Shown: in pieces, positions 13,500 to 25,827 of the stretch | How positions within the stretch are numbered: the first letter of the stretch is position 1 | Layout: the number at the start of each line of letters is the position of its first letter | Assembly: GCA_964016885.1 (NCBI GenBank) | Contig: OZ024741.1 | Span: 74,338,001 to 74,402,000 of the forward strand | Length of the DNA: 64,000 nt | Origin: Eledone cirrhosa | Lineage: Eukaryota | Direction of reading: 5' to 3' | The notes under the pieces: generated by a model | The model's input: the letters and a program-made list of their open reading frames with translations, nothing else | Told to the model about the DNA's origin: nothing | Database searches by the model: none | Program-made: the position numbers and the translations under genes

Positions 13500-14150
13500 G
13501 AGGAGAAAATTCCTGGCCTCAAACCTTTTAGATGAGTCCACCATGCAGCTTCTTTCACTGTAGCTACCAAGCAGAGGAAGACTTGCCACACTTCCCTTCT
13601 AAAGGAAGTGGTTCAATTTTAACTATAGACACTGATGATAGGCTGATTTATCCTACATGTGACAGCAGTTGTTAGACACAAGCCAACGCATTTGCAATGC
13701 ATGGACAATAGCATGTAGGACTGTTTCATCCCTCTGTATGCATCTCACACTGGTCTGGCTGTTGGTATTTCTGTGTCTGTAGAGTTTGACCCAAACTGAT
13801 AGTTCCGTTTTGTAGCACTGCCATGCTAAGGAATTTTGGAAATTGTCTATAATCTCAGACTTAAAAGTCCTCCAGAAGAGTCTGCTCAGACTGTCCTCAT
13901 TGATGCTCAGAGCTACACCTAGGCCATCATTGCTTAAATTTTCCACTAACTCTCCATAGAAAGCAAGTGCTGTTTTTGTCCACTGATCACATTGTCCAGC
14001 TGATAAAATGCTGCAAATTTCTGAACCTGAATGTAAACAATGTAAACAGAAACAATTCCTATAAAACTAGGTCCCCTGAGAATCATAAAAAAGCACATAA
14101 AGACGAATCCATAGCCAAACCTCCAGGGCTGACAAATATATACAACATAT
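13500..14150 (-). mobile_element. Degenerate L1/Tx1-like LINE fragment (RT-associated zinc-binding region)
   Basis: ORF 13653-13946 contains W..Y...L....KL....RC....ETVLHAIVH, resembling zf-RVT. Boundaries approximate. Confidence 0.45.
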
Positions 14151-14599
14151 AAAGAATAGCACTTGCGGGCGGTACTGCATGCATATTACACAGAGTAATT
14201 TCAATAAACTAGAAACAACAATAGCAAAAACATAACATTGCACATACCCAAAGCAAACAACACAAGGAAAATAATATGAATAATGGTGATATTAATGATA
14301 ATGATATAATAACAATTAGTGAAAACACATTAGCTATCCAATTAATTGGCTACAGTTTCAATGAAATATATTGGAAAGTATAGTACATGAACATAAACAA
14401 GAAATAAACCAATCAAATTTATAGCAGGATTTTCAAATATATATCACAATTGTATATGTGATGTTAGCAGTGATTTTATTATTATTAAAGTAGGAAGAAA
14501 AAAGAAAGAACCTCTCATAAAATAGTACCAACCAACAACGTTTTCTATACATAAAGAAGACAGGAGGCAAATAGGTACATTATATGATTCTAAATATTG

Positions 14600-15160
14600 A
14601 AACAAAGGAGGGCATGGAGAGAGAACCAGCTGGAAAAGTGTAGAGGTGAAGGCATGGAGAGTGTACCAGATAAAGGAAGTATAGAGGCAGATGAGGGTAT
14701 GGAAAGGACAACAGATGAAAAAATATAGGAGTAGATGGGGGCATGGATAGTGTACCAGATGAAGAAATATAGGGGTAGATGGGGGTATGGAGAGTGTACC
14801 AGATGAAGAAATATAGGGGTAGATGGGGGTATGGAGAGTGTACCAGATGAAGAAATATAGGGGTAGATGAAGGCATGAAGAGTGTGCCAGATGAAGAAAT
14901 ATAGGGGGTAGATGAGGGTATGGAGAGTGTACCAGATGAAGAAATATAGGGGTAGATGAGGGCATGAAGAGTGTACCAGATGAAGAAATATAGGGGTAGA
15001 TGAGGGTATGGAGAGTGTACCAGATGAAGAAATATAGAGGTAGATGAGGGCATGGAGAGTGTACCAGATGAAAAAATATAGGGGTAGATGAGGGCATGAA
15101 GAGTGTACCAGATGAAGAAATATAGGGGTAGATGCAGGTAAGCGAAGTGCACCAGAGGAA
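14600..15160. repeat. Purine-rich minisatellite, ~44-bp unit x ~12
   Basis: Unit GAGTGTACCAGATGAAGAAATATAGGGGTAGATGAGGGTATGGA repeated head to tail with no spacers. Confidence 0.95.
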
Positions 15161-15232
15161 GCTAGAAAATATAAAATTTTATTCAGTAAAGAAAGGTGGC
15201 AAGTAAACTAACTTGGTAAGTATCTGCCAAAA

Positions 15233-15423
15233 TAATTGTTTCTACTTTTGGCACAAGGCCAGCAATTATCCCAGTGCATTACTGGTACTTTATTTTATCG
15301 ACCCCCGTAAGGATGAAAGGCAAAGTTAACCTCGGTGGGATTTGAACTCAGAATGACAAGGGCCGTAACTCTATGCATCAAAGCATGGTGTCCGGCCCTT
15401 ACCAATACTGCCAATCCACCGCC
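15233..15423 (-). mobile_element. SINE family A copy
   Basis: Full length; TSD GTATCTGCCAAAATAAT on both sides. Confidence 0.85.
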
Positions 15424-15655
15424 AGTATCTGCCAAAATAATGCCAGACCTTTTTCTCTGCTAAAGTAGGAGTTAACTTTGTGGGCTCCATGTTAGGCCTC
15501 ATACTCATGGGGGGTCTTTTTGAGACAATGTTATGTAACTGGATGCCCTTCCTGGCACAAAACCTTTTAGTTGCCTCTTATAATACACGTGGCTTTGATG
15601 TATTAATCTAAACCAAATACACAGAAAGGAATAAATAAAATAAACAAAATCTTAC

Positions 15656-15808
15656 CTTTCGAGGTAATTTGATAATCCAAGATGGTGGAATGATGATGTT
15701 GCTATGGACGCCAAGGGTACACTGTTCTTCAAAGTGTGTCATCATAAAACACGTGATTTTATTGTGGTATGCCATTTTGCACCAGGAACAACTAATAGCA
15801 ATGATTTC
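15656..15808 (-). CDS. DGKZ: DGKzeta/iota-like exon, C-terminal half of C1b domain
   Basis: 153 nt: [54 protein letters not shown] acceptor 15811-15809, GTAAG donor 15655-15651; phase 0/0. Confidence 0.95.
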
Positions 15809-16196
15809 CTGTAAGAAGAAAGTGCTTTATAAGAACAAATTTTCAACAAAATGAGAAAAGCCATTTATTGTTTTATGTTATTAGGGTGGTGGATTGGCAG
15901 AATCAGTAGAGCATCGGACAAAATGCTTTGCAGTATTTGTTCTATGTTTAAATCCCACCAATTTCAACCTTGTTTTTCATCCTTCTAGTATTGATAAAAT
16001 AAAGTACCACACAAGTACAGAGGTTGAGTTAATTGGCTAACTACTCCCAACAAAATTCTGATCTTTTTGTCTAACCTAGGGTAGATTGGCAGAAATGTTA
16101 GAGCATCAAACTAAATGCCCTATGGTATTTACTTGTTTCAGCTTTTTATATTCTGAGTTCTAATATCATTGACATTGAAGTCGTTCCCGTTCATTC

Positions 16197-16199
<3 letters not shown>

Positions 16200-16244
<45 letters not shown>

Positions 16245-16432
16245 GAGAAATAAAATAGAGTCAAGTGCTGTGGTTAATTTAAATGACTTTCAATCACCAA
16301 AAATTTCGGACCCTTTCCCTTAGTAATATTATTATTGGTAGTAGTAGTAGTGATAGTAGTAGTAGTAGTAATAGTAGTAGTAGTAGTAGTAGTAGTAATA
16401 GTAGTAGTAGTAGTAGTAGTAGTAAGTAGTAG
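16200..16432. repeat. Microsatellites (GT)n 16200-16242 and (TAG)n 16338-16432
   Basis: Seen directly. Many other (TA)n, (GT)n and (GAT)n tracts occur, e.g. (TA)n 47722-47807. Confidence 0.95.
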
Positions 16433-16670
16433 AAGTATAGTAAAGTGGATTTTTCATAATTTTGAGTTCATATCCTGCTGAGGTAGATTCTACCTTTTAT
16501 CCTTCTAGAGCATAATAAAGTATCAGTTACATACTGGAATTGATATAATCATCTTCCCTTCCTCACAAATCATTGGCCTTGTACCTAAATTAGAAATCAT
16601 TATTCAGAGTGGTTGATTGGCAGAATTATTAAAGTGTTGGAAAAAATGCTTTGCAACAATTGTCAAATAG

Positions 16671-19600
16671 CTTCTCTCGCCCCTCAAAATCGCTATTACC
16701 CCCACTCTCTCTAACATATACGTCCCCCTCTCTCTCTCTCTCACTCCCTATTTGCACCAAATATAAATAAGCATGTTACGAAGGACAAAACTCAGAATTT
16801 GTCAACTCTTATTAATGGTCAGTCGACTTCTACGAAAATGTAATGTATAAATAACATTTCCTTCGGTTCATTCATCCATATATCTATAATTGCCCAGAAT
16901 CCAAATCCTACTTCATAATTGCTATCCTATAATTCTGTCTCACTGTTCTAAATAATCTTCTCTTTGCTAACTACCCCATACCCCTCCCTCCCGCCCCCAC
17001 TCTCCACCTTTATTATTTGGACCAATCACAAGTCAACGGCTTATGCTATCACTTCTGGCTGCTTTTCGATATGATCGATGGACTAAGGAATTTCTGGAGA
17101 GTCGGAAGAATCTGGACACTCGATGACAATGCCAAAGATAACGACAAATTCACCTCATGCTGCTGGACGAAAGCGCAAAGCCCCCTCATCTTTGTTTCGG
17201 CCGCGGATGGCCAACATAACCCCAACTCCACCCCCCTCATCCCGCCCTGCTCCCCACCCACCAAACACAATCCAAAACTTCAGAGTTGGTACCATGAATG
17301 TAGGCACCTTAAAAGGCCGCACTAACGAGGTGGTAGAAATGCTTGAACGTAAGGAGGTTGATGTTTGCTGTATCCAAGAGAACAGGTGGAGGGGCGGGTC
17401 TGCTAGATTCATTGTGGGTAAAAAACGTTGCTATAAGCTCTTCTGGGTGGGAAATGACAATGGGATGGGTGGGGCAGGAATCATGTTAGCAGAAAAATGG
17501 GTGAATAAGATAATAGATGTAAATAGAGTGAATGACAGAATAATTAAAATAAGACTTGTTCTAAATAGAACTACTGTGACAGTAATATCTGCATACACAC
17601 CCCAAACCGGACTGCCTGGCGCTATAAAAGACAGATTCTATGAGACACTGATGCTCACTACCTCCCAAATAACTGACAGTGACTATATAATTATTGCTGG
17701 CGACCTAAATGGTCACGTTGGACAACATTGTGATGGCTATGACGGAATCCACGGAGGCTATGGGTTTGGTACTAGAAATGAGGAAGGCTCCAGAATCCTG
17801 GAATTCTGTGATGCAAATAACCTAACTATCTGTAACACTAACTTCAAAAAACGAGACAATCACTTGGTCACCTACAGATCAGGGGAACATAGCAGCCAGG
17901 TAGATTATATCCTTACCAGAAGACGTGACAGAGTGTCTGTCGTAAACACTAAATCCCTCCCCCATGAAGAATGCACCTCCCAACATAGACTGATAATTAT
18001 ATGGAAGCTAAAGGACCCCACAGCCAGAAATAAATTTAAAAGCTTATTACTTGATGCTTTCGACAGTAAGGAAGAGCATTTAGAGTCGTACAATATAGAG
18101 GAACAGTGGGAATTCCTGAAAGCAAACCTGCTGATGGTGGCAGACGAAGTCTGTGGCTGGAGCAGGCCTATAGGCAGGAGGAGAGTAACATGGTGGTGGA
18201 ACAGTAAGGTGGAGGAGTCAATTAAGGCCAAAAAGCAGGCTTGGAAAGTATGGCGGGATGGGGGAAGTAAAGAAGACTATCAAGTGGCCAGGAGGGAAGC
18301 TAGGAGACAAGTGTACTTCACAAGAAGGGAAGCAGAGGAAAGAAAGTTCAAGCATGTTCTACAACGCGAGGACCAAAAACGCGAGGTGTTCAGGATTGCT
18401 AGGCAATGTGTCAAGGAAAACCGTGATATTGTCGGGGAGAAGTATGTATTTAATGATGATGGGGTACTTGCCATCACTGATGCTGATAAGAAGGTAGCTT
18501 GGAAGTGTCACTACGAAAGGCTACTAAATGAGGAGAATAAATGGGAGAAAGACAGTCTTCCCCACATCGACCCAATAGAGGGACCAGCAGTGTTAGTCGA
18601 AGGTAGTATAATAAGTAAGGCAATCAAAGATACGAAGACGGGTAAGGCGGCTGGGTCTTCGGAAATAGTTGCTGAAATGCTGAAAGCTTCTGGAACGGTG
18701 GGACACACCATGGTCACCCGGATAGTAAACCAAGTCGTACAGAATGGGGTTGTTCCGAAGGACTGGCGTAGCAGTATCATCATTAACTGCTACAAGGGTA
18801 AAGGAGATGCCCTAGATAGGAGTAACTATAGAGGCATTAAATTAATCGACCAGGTCATGAAGGTCACAGAAAAAGTAATAGCGCAACTAATTAGAGAGAG
18901 AATTGATCTAGATGAAATGCAGTTCGGTTTGTGTCAGGCAAAAGTACCACAGACGCTCTTTTCATTGTACGACAACTACAGGAGAAGTACCTAGCTAAAA
19001 GTAAACCCCTATACTTAGCTTTTGTTGACTTGGAGAAAGCCTTCGACAGAGTCCCCCGTTCCATTATCTGGTGGGCTCTTAGAAAACTAGGTGTTGATGA
19101 ATGGCTTGTGAGAGCTATACAAGCGATGTATAAAGAAACAGTCAGCAAGGTTAGAATTAACAACGAATATAGAGTTTAGCGTAAAAGTTGGTGTTCATCA
19201 GGGCTCCGTTCTTAGCCCCCTACTATTTATTATCGCCCTTCAGGCTATAACAGTGGAGTTCAAGACCGGCTGCCCGTGGGAACTCCTATACACAGATGAT
19301 CTAACGCTCATAGCTGAATCAATGGTCGAACTAGAGAAGAAATTCCAAACATGGAAGCATGGCCTAGAATCAAAAGGCCTTAAAATTAACCTGTCTAAGA
19401 CTAAAGTTCTAGTTTGTAAGAAGGAAAATAGGGCGCTGGTCCCATCCGGGAAATGGCCATGCTCAGTGTGTAGGAAAGGAGTAGGTAGAAACTCTATTTT
19501 ATGTCCCAAATGCAAAGTATGGGTGCGTAAAAGATGTAGTGGGATCACAGGTAAGCTAACTAAGAACATAGATTTTATATGTGGCCGGTGCTCTGGTGCA

Positions 19601-20292
19601 ATAAGTAGCAGCAAGTGCCCACAGAATACTAGCTCATTCCATTGCACAGATGCTTCTATAGAAATAGTGGACAGCTTCCGTTACCTGGGTGACAAAATCA
19701 GCAGTGGGGGAGGGTGCTCTGAAAGTACAGTAGCTAGAGTCAGAACTGGATAGAAAAAGTTCAGAGAGCTTATACCACTATTAGCCGCTAAAGGGTTCTC
19801 CCTAAAAATGAAAGGCAGGTTGTATGATGCCTGCATACGAACAGCAATGTTGCATGGCAGTGAGACCTGGGCATTGTGTGCAGAGGATATACGCAGACTA
19901 GAGAGGAACGAAGCTTGCATGCTCCGCTGGATGTGTAATAGTAATATACGTGAACGGCAAAGCATAAACGAACTAAGGAAAAAATTAGAAATAAGAGGGA
20001 TCAGATGTTGTTTACTCGAGAGAAGGCTACGTTGGTATGGACACGTGATGCCCATGAAAGACGATAGCTGTATAACAAAGTGCAGGGCAATAAAGATAGA
20101 CGGTAGCCACGGAATAGGCAGACCCAGAAAAACCTGGGACGAGCTGATAAACTCCGACCTCACACACTTACACCTCTCCAAGACAATGTCACTGGACCGA
20201 GACCTTTGGCGGTACTCAGTAATAGAGAAGACCCGCCTTACCTAAATACATAGTAAAACCTACTACAGTCAGTAGGCATCTCTAACAAAATA
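16671..20292 (+). mobile_element. Near full-length RTE-clade LINE (APE endonuclease, RT, PHD-like finger), disabled
   Basis: ORFs 17123-18994 (GTMNVGTL, CIQE, GDLNGHVG, NYRGIKL), 18931-19179 (FVDLEKAFD), 19253-19753 (LYTDD, CxxC finger) and 19808-20245 (RLRWYGHV, GRPRKTW). Two frameshifts and a stop. 3' UTR cut short with no (GAT)n tail; 5' boundary approximate. Confidence 0.92.
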
Positions 20293-20424
20293 CTGCTGAG
20301 GTCAAATTTGCCTGTCATCATTCCAATGTCAATAAAAAACAGTGCCAGTCTCAGGTATTGGGGTCGATACAATTGACTTTCCCTATTTCCCAAATTGTTG
20401 GCCTTGTGCCTAAATCAGACAACG

Positions 20425-20617
20425 TGGATTGGCAGTATTGGTAGAGGGTCGGACGCCATGCTTTGACGCAAAGAGTTACGGCCCTTTCCATTCTGAGTTC
20501 AAATCCCGCCGAGGTTAACTTTGCCTTTCATCCTTACAGGGTCGATAAAATAAAATACCTGTAATACACTGGGTAATTGCTGGCCTTGTGCCAAAAGTAG
20601 AAACAATTATTATTATT
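20425..20617 (+). mobile_element. SINE family A copy with (ATT)n tail
   Basis: Head, core and tail match family A. Confidence 0.85.
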
Positions 20618-23102
20618 AGTATTGTCTTTCTGATATTAGACAATATCAGTCATCAATACAAATCTCTTTAACAAAAGAATAGAACAGATGATAGGAAATA
20701 CCAATATATATAAAAACAATATATTTGGTTCAAGAGCAAATCGTCTCAATGTAGTAAAAGAGAGAATAAGCAGTTCTCAATGACTTTTCAAATCTTTGTG
20801 TTAATAGAAGAAGCAAAATGAAATTGAAAGTAGACACATGTAACTTCTTAAGATGTGGATTTAATTACTTGTAAAACCTAATATGAAGCAACACCGGAAA
20901 TTCTCTTTCTTAATATATCAAAATTAGGTTTGAGGAGAAAGAAATAGATAAACAGGTCTGCTAGACTTTCAGGTGACAGATTTAATGTGTCATGTTGCCT
21001 GTTGTAGCAGTAGAATCTATGAATCTTTGTTACAAGTATTGTAGCAAGGTGTCTCTAGTCTGAGATTAGATTAATTTAATATACTGATGCACTGTGAAGG
21101 CATGTGGTCTAGTGGTTAAAGTGTTAGGCTCGTGTATTAAACTATCAGCACCATTTCTACATTATTTCTCCATACTGGCTTGGTTTGGATGTGTTATTAT
21201 AGTCCTCTTAGACATGCCATGGGTACCATCTCACATATGTTCTAGTTTTTGGTAGGATTTCTATGGTTGGATATCCTTTCTGATATCAACCTCTTTACAA
21301 TGTGTACTGTATTGTGGCACTGGTATTAGAGATAGTGTTATGTATTTGATATTGTTAAAGAGTTCTCTGTACTCTATGTTGTTATTGGTTGAAAGTCAAC
21401 TACTTTACATATAACTAACATAAATTAGATAGTGAAATAGAGTTTCTGCCATATTTTTGACTAAGTAAATTAGCTTAATAGTTGGAGTTATAACCCCCCC
21501 GCCCCCCAAATATGGCGGAAGCTCTATTTCACTATCTAATTTTCAAATTCTCCTCTGTTTGTAAACAAAGCTAATTTTCAAAACAATGCTAAGCTCTGTA
21601 TCTTATGTATATAACTAACATATTTATTAAATGCATATTATATGTAACAAAGTGAATGTTCTTAATACAATAATGTAGAGAAAAAACATTCATTATAACA
21701 AAAATAGGTAAATTTATCCTAGGTAAAGCAGTTTCAATGTCTTAATGATCAAAATTATTGAATAAATAAAATTCAAATATTTTGAAATCTTTTGATAAGA
21801 AATATATTAGTAGCTGTTGAAGAATATTGATGCAGAACATTTACAGAAAATACTTAAGAGTAAAACTATATATATATATAGAGAGAGAGAGAGGGGGAGA
21901 GAGAGCGAGAGAAAGAGAGAATTCCAACTACAACGCTAAGCAGTTTCACCTTGTATTTTCAGCAAGCCTATAAGCCTATATGTGTGTATATATATATATA
22001 TATATCTCTCTCTCTCTATATATATGTATAATATTTATGGACAACACATATTTGATATACTAAGATAAATTCAATGTAGATATAACTACAGCATATATTG
22101 GCATTTTATCTAGAAAGTAATTTGGCCTCTCATCAGTACAAAATTACTAAATTTGGAACTATGGAACCTAAGAACTGATATTATGAGCTCTCTGTGAAGA
22201 TATTTATGATCTTTATTAACACTAAACAAAATCTTAATGAATGGTTTATGCTTTTCAGCTGTCAAATTGTTTCATACAACATGACAGTTGCAAGTGCAAG
22301 TTGTAATTTAACTGCAGTAGATAGAGAAAAGAGAAATAGAGTAATGGAGAATGCTGTCATCAAAGAAAGTCTGTTATGTAAAGTTAGAAGAAAAAGACAG
22401 GAGTTATTGGTGCTGAAGATAAGGGCAGAAATATGATCTCTGACTAGTTATTTGAATGCTGCTTAACCCATTTTATTACTATATATTTCTAATGAAAGAT
22501 ACTACTTATGATTTTCAAATAACATTGAAAATAATCGGTCATTTTGAGGGATTTAGTAATATAGTAAACTTACTCATTATTAAGCTGATGTTTGTAATAT
22601 AACTTAACCCCTTTGTATCCCAATAAAGTGCACCCAGTATACTCTGTAAAGTGGTTGGCATCCAGAAAATGGAACATATGAGCAAGACCTGGTTCTCTGA
22701 TCCATCTAGCCTCCAACCAATGCTAGCAATCTAACCTGCCAAATACTAGGCATGGATGCATAGTTAAAACGCTTGTTTCATATCCAGGTGGTTTTGGAGT
22801 CTATCCTACTCTATGGCATCTTGGGAAAGTGTCTTCTAATATTGGAGCAGTTTCTAACCAGGAGTCTGTGATCTGAGTTCAACATTTCAAGTACATTTTT
22901 AAAAACAAAATCCTGAACAGGCTTCTTTAACATTTTTCTTTTAATTATTATTATCACCATATAACAATCTGGGAAGGGAGTAATTGTAGTGTGGTGTCTG
23001 TTGAAAAATTCTCTTAAATAAAAAGTTGGGGACCAATATTTTGTGAGAGATTTTGGCAGAAGGAAGAAGTGAGAAGCTTATTGTATATATATATATATAT
23101 AT

Positions 23103-23299
23103 ATAGGAAAAAAGTATGACCTCGACGGCAGAGCTCAAGCCGTTTCGACAGCTATTTCTGGAGTCCAGAAATAGCTGTCGAAACGGCTTGAGCTCTACCG
23201 TCGGGGTCATACTTTTTTCCTATTTCCCACTCTACTACCCTAAGTATTGAGTACTCTGGTGCATTATGGTCCATTTGGTTCTTAACCACAATTCCTTTG

Positions 23300-23301
<2 letters not shown>
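23103..23301. mobile_element. Fold-back Penelope-type terminal fragment in (TA)n, carrying the 3' half of a hammerhead
   Basis: 60-bp-arm palindrome 23103-23223 (centre 23163) plus ~78-nt unpaired tail; GTC-GAAA-CGG[CTTGAGCTCTA]CCG-TC at 23177-23202; homologous to 43566-43776. Confidence 0.65.
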
Positions 23302-23362
<61 letters not shown>

Positions 23363-23567
23363 CATACAATAAGCAATGTTTGTTTATGTCCTGCATAAAC
23401 AAAAGTCCTACATTTTAGTGTTTCAATGTGTGAGGATCCGTATCTTACTTAAAATGAAAAGGATAAAGGTTTGACATCAGACCGTAGAATACGGTCTCAC
23501 AAATTCTCATAAAACACACGTTAACATAAAAAAATAAAGAACTGTAAATAAAAGACATCTCACTTAC

Positions 23568-23600
23568 CTTACTTTGGAAGGTGAATCTTTGCTGGAAGGA
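23568..23600 (-). CDS. DGKZ: DGKzeta/iota-like 33-nt small exon within C1b
   Basis: SFQQRFTFQSK (cf. GFQQKFTFHSK of vertebrate DGKzeta). CAG acceptor 23603-23601, GTAAGT donor at 23567; joins the flanking exons in frame. Confidence 0.92.
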
Positions 23601-23782
23601 CTGCAAAGAACAAATATTAGACATTATACAATGAATAAAATAGTCAAATATATTTTCTGGACAAAAAAACTAATAGAAAAGATTTATTGTTTGTATAAAA
23701 ATTACAGATTTGATATTGCAGTGTCAGTGCATATATATATATATACACATATGTGTGTGTGTGCATATATATATATATATAT

Positions 23783-25366
23783 GTCCTTAAATGCTCGCAG
23801 TTTATGCAACAAGATACATCTGTTTAACTCCTACGTCAGAAGATCAACCCTGACTTCATCACAGTCACGGAAACATGCGCACATTCCTTACTCTGTGATG
23901 GGGTTTTCAGGATTACTGGGTACAACCTTTTCCGCAAGGACCGCATTAATCGCTGTGGTGGTGGTGTGATGGTCTACGTTCGTTCAAACTTTTCAGTAAT
24001 TCCTTGCGTTGATTTGAATGAATCACAAGAAGAAGTTTTTTTTTGTGACATACATATGACCATGTCAACACTTCTGCTTGATGTTGTTTATCGCCCCCCT
24101 CTCCCAAACTACCATCAGGACACACAGCTTTGCGATATCCTCAGAGCTGCTGCCAGGAAAACAGCCACTTATGTGTTTATTGCAGGTGACTTCAATCATC
24201 CTGAGATCGATTGGGAAACTTTTCGTTGGCCACAAAGTGCAAATGATTTCCTTGAGCTAGTGCTGGACTCAAACTGGTCACAACTAGTCACCTCTCCAAT
24301 AAGAGGTGACAACACTTTGGACCTGATCTTCACCACTACTCCTGAAGTGGTTATCAGCTGTACTACTGAGGAACCTCTAGGCGACTCTGATCATGCTATG
24401 ATCATTGCCAATCTGGCTCTTGCGGGCAGCAACAAAATCCAGAACCATCTCCAATCTGCTTGCTTTGATTGGAAGAAAGCAGATTGGAACTTGTACTGCA
24501 CTGAGCTACAGCGCCTAAACTGGCATGAGTTCTATAACTCTGGAGATGTGAACACTATACTCCAGAGCATCCTGGACTCAATATGGATAGCGTGTGCAGC
24601 ATCGGTGCCACGTAAGCAGAAAAAAAACCACCCCAAAAGTGCAATTTGGGAAACTTCAGTGGTCCGACTTGCCAGGAAAGAACGTTGGAACGCTGAACGG
24701 GAATATAAACTGCATAAATCAGATGCCAACAGAAAAAAGCGGAATAAATCTTCCAACCATCTCAAGCAAGTGACAAAAAAGGCAGTGCTTGAATTTGAAC
24801 AGTGCATAGCAACCAATCCTGACAGTAAGGTGTTCTGGAAATATGTTCATTCAAAGCAGAGACCTCACTCTCCAGTTGGTCCTCTTTGCAATCCCCACAC
24901 AAGCCAGATCACTGACGATCCCAAAGAATGCGCAGAACTCATTGCTGAGTGCTATACAAGCATTTTTACTGTTGAAAACCAGAATGTACCATCTCCACCA
25001 TCTCTAACATCAAATTCCATAACAACTATGGAATTTACACCTGCAATATTGCGACGTCGCCTTAAGAATAAGTGCAACTATGCCTCCCCTGCTCTTGATG
25101 GTGTGACATACCTGCTTCTCAAACGTGGCGGGTACTTCCTTTTGCACCAGCTTTCTTTCTTCTTTCAATACTGTCTCAACAATGGTGCTACTCCGGAGCA
25201 GTGGAAAACTGCCAGTGTCATTCCCCTGTTCGAAAAGGGCGACCGCACGTCACCTGTCAACTATCGTCCAGTCAGTCTTACTAGCTGTATTGCCAAACTG
25301 ATGGAATCCTGTGTCAGAGAAACACTTTGGAACTTCTGGAGCTCTCACAGCCTCCTCCGGCCCTCG
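23783..25366 (+). mobile_element. CR1/L2-clade LINE ORF2 fragment (APE plus N-terminal RT)
   Basis: SLNARSL, VYRPP, GDFNHPEIDW, LDLIFT, SDH, NYRPVSLTSCIAKLME; breaks at LLRPSQ just before the expected QxGF. Confidence 0.85.
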
Positions 25367-25467
25367 CAGTCCTATACGAACAAGACAACCAATCTTGCCT
25401 CAAGTGGGAAAATTCCCGTCCAAACCCATGCAAGCGTGGAAGATGGACGTTAAACGATGATGATGAT
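25367..25467 (+). mobile_element. RTE 3' terminus fused to the CR1 fragment
   Basis: CAGTCCTATACGAACAAGAC...GGACGTTAAAC(GAT)n matches the 3' ends at 49077-49180 and 53191-53300 (reverse complement). Confidence 0.85.
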
Positions 25468-25791
25468 ATATATACGTATGTATGTGTATATAATATACAC
25501 ACACAAATACACATATATAGATATAGATCTATATATATATATACAAACAGAAATAACAAAGCAAACAACATAGTACAATGAAGAAATATATTAGTTTTAC
25601 ACTTGATATAGCAGGAAAAATGTTTTAACGTTTTGGATGTTAGTCATTCATCAATAGAATGAGAAATTAAAAAAGAAATAGAAAGATAGAGGAGAGTGGG
25701 CAGGGGCAGAAACCCCAAAAAAGTTCTTGAAGAAAAGGCAGGTCTATTCATTAGCATGGAAATGGACGTTAAATGATAATGATGATGATGT

Positions 25792-25827
<36 letters not shown>

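Noticed and set aside
14444-15152. 217-aa and 190-aa ORFs, and a CRISPR-like appearance
   Set aside because: These are translations of a 44-bp minisatellite. Units abut with no unique spacers and there are no cas genes in this eukaryotic DNA.
16671-17122. HDV-like ribozyme at the RTE 5' end
   Set aside because: Could not identify the nested double-pseudoknot pairings by eye; would need a descriptor search.
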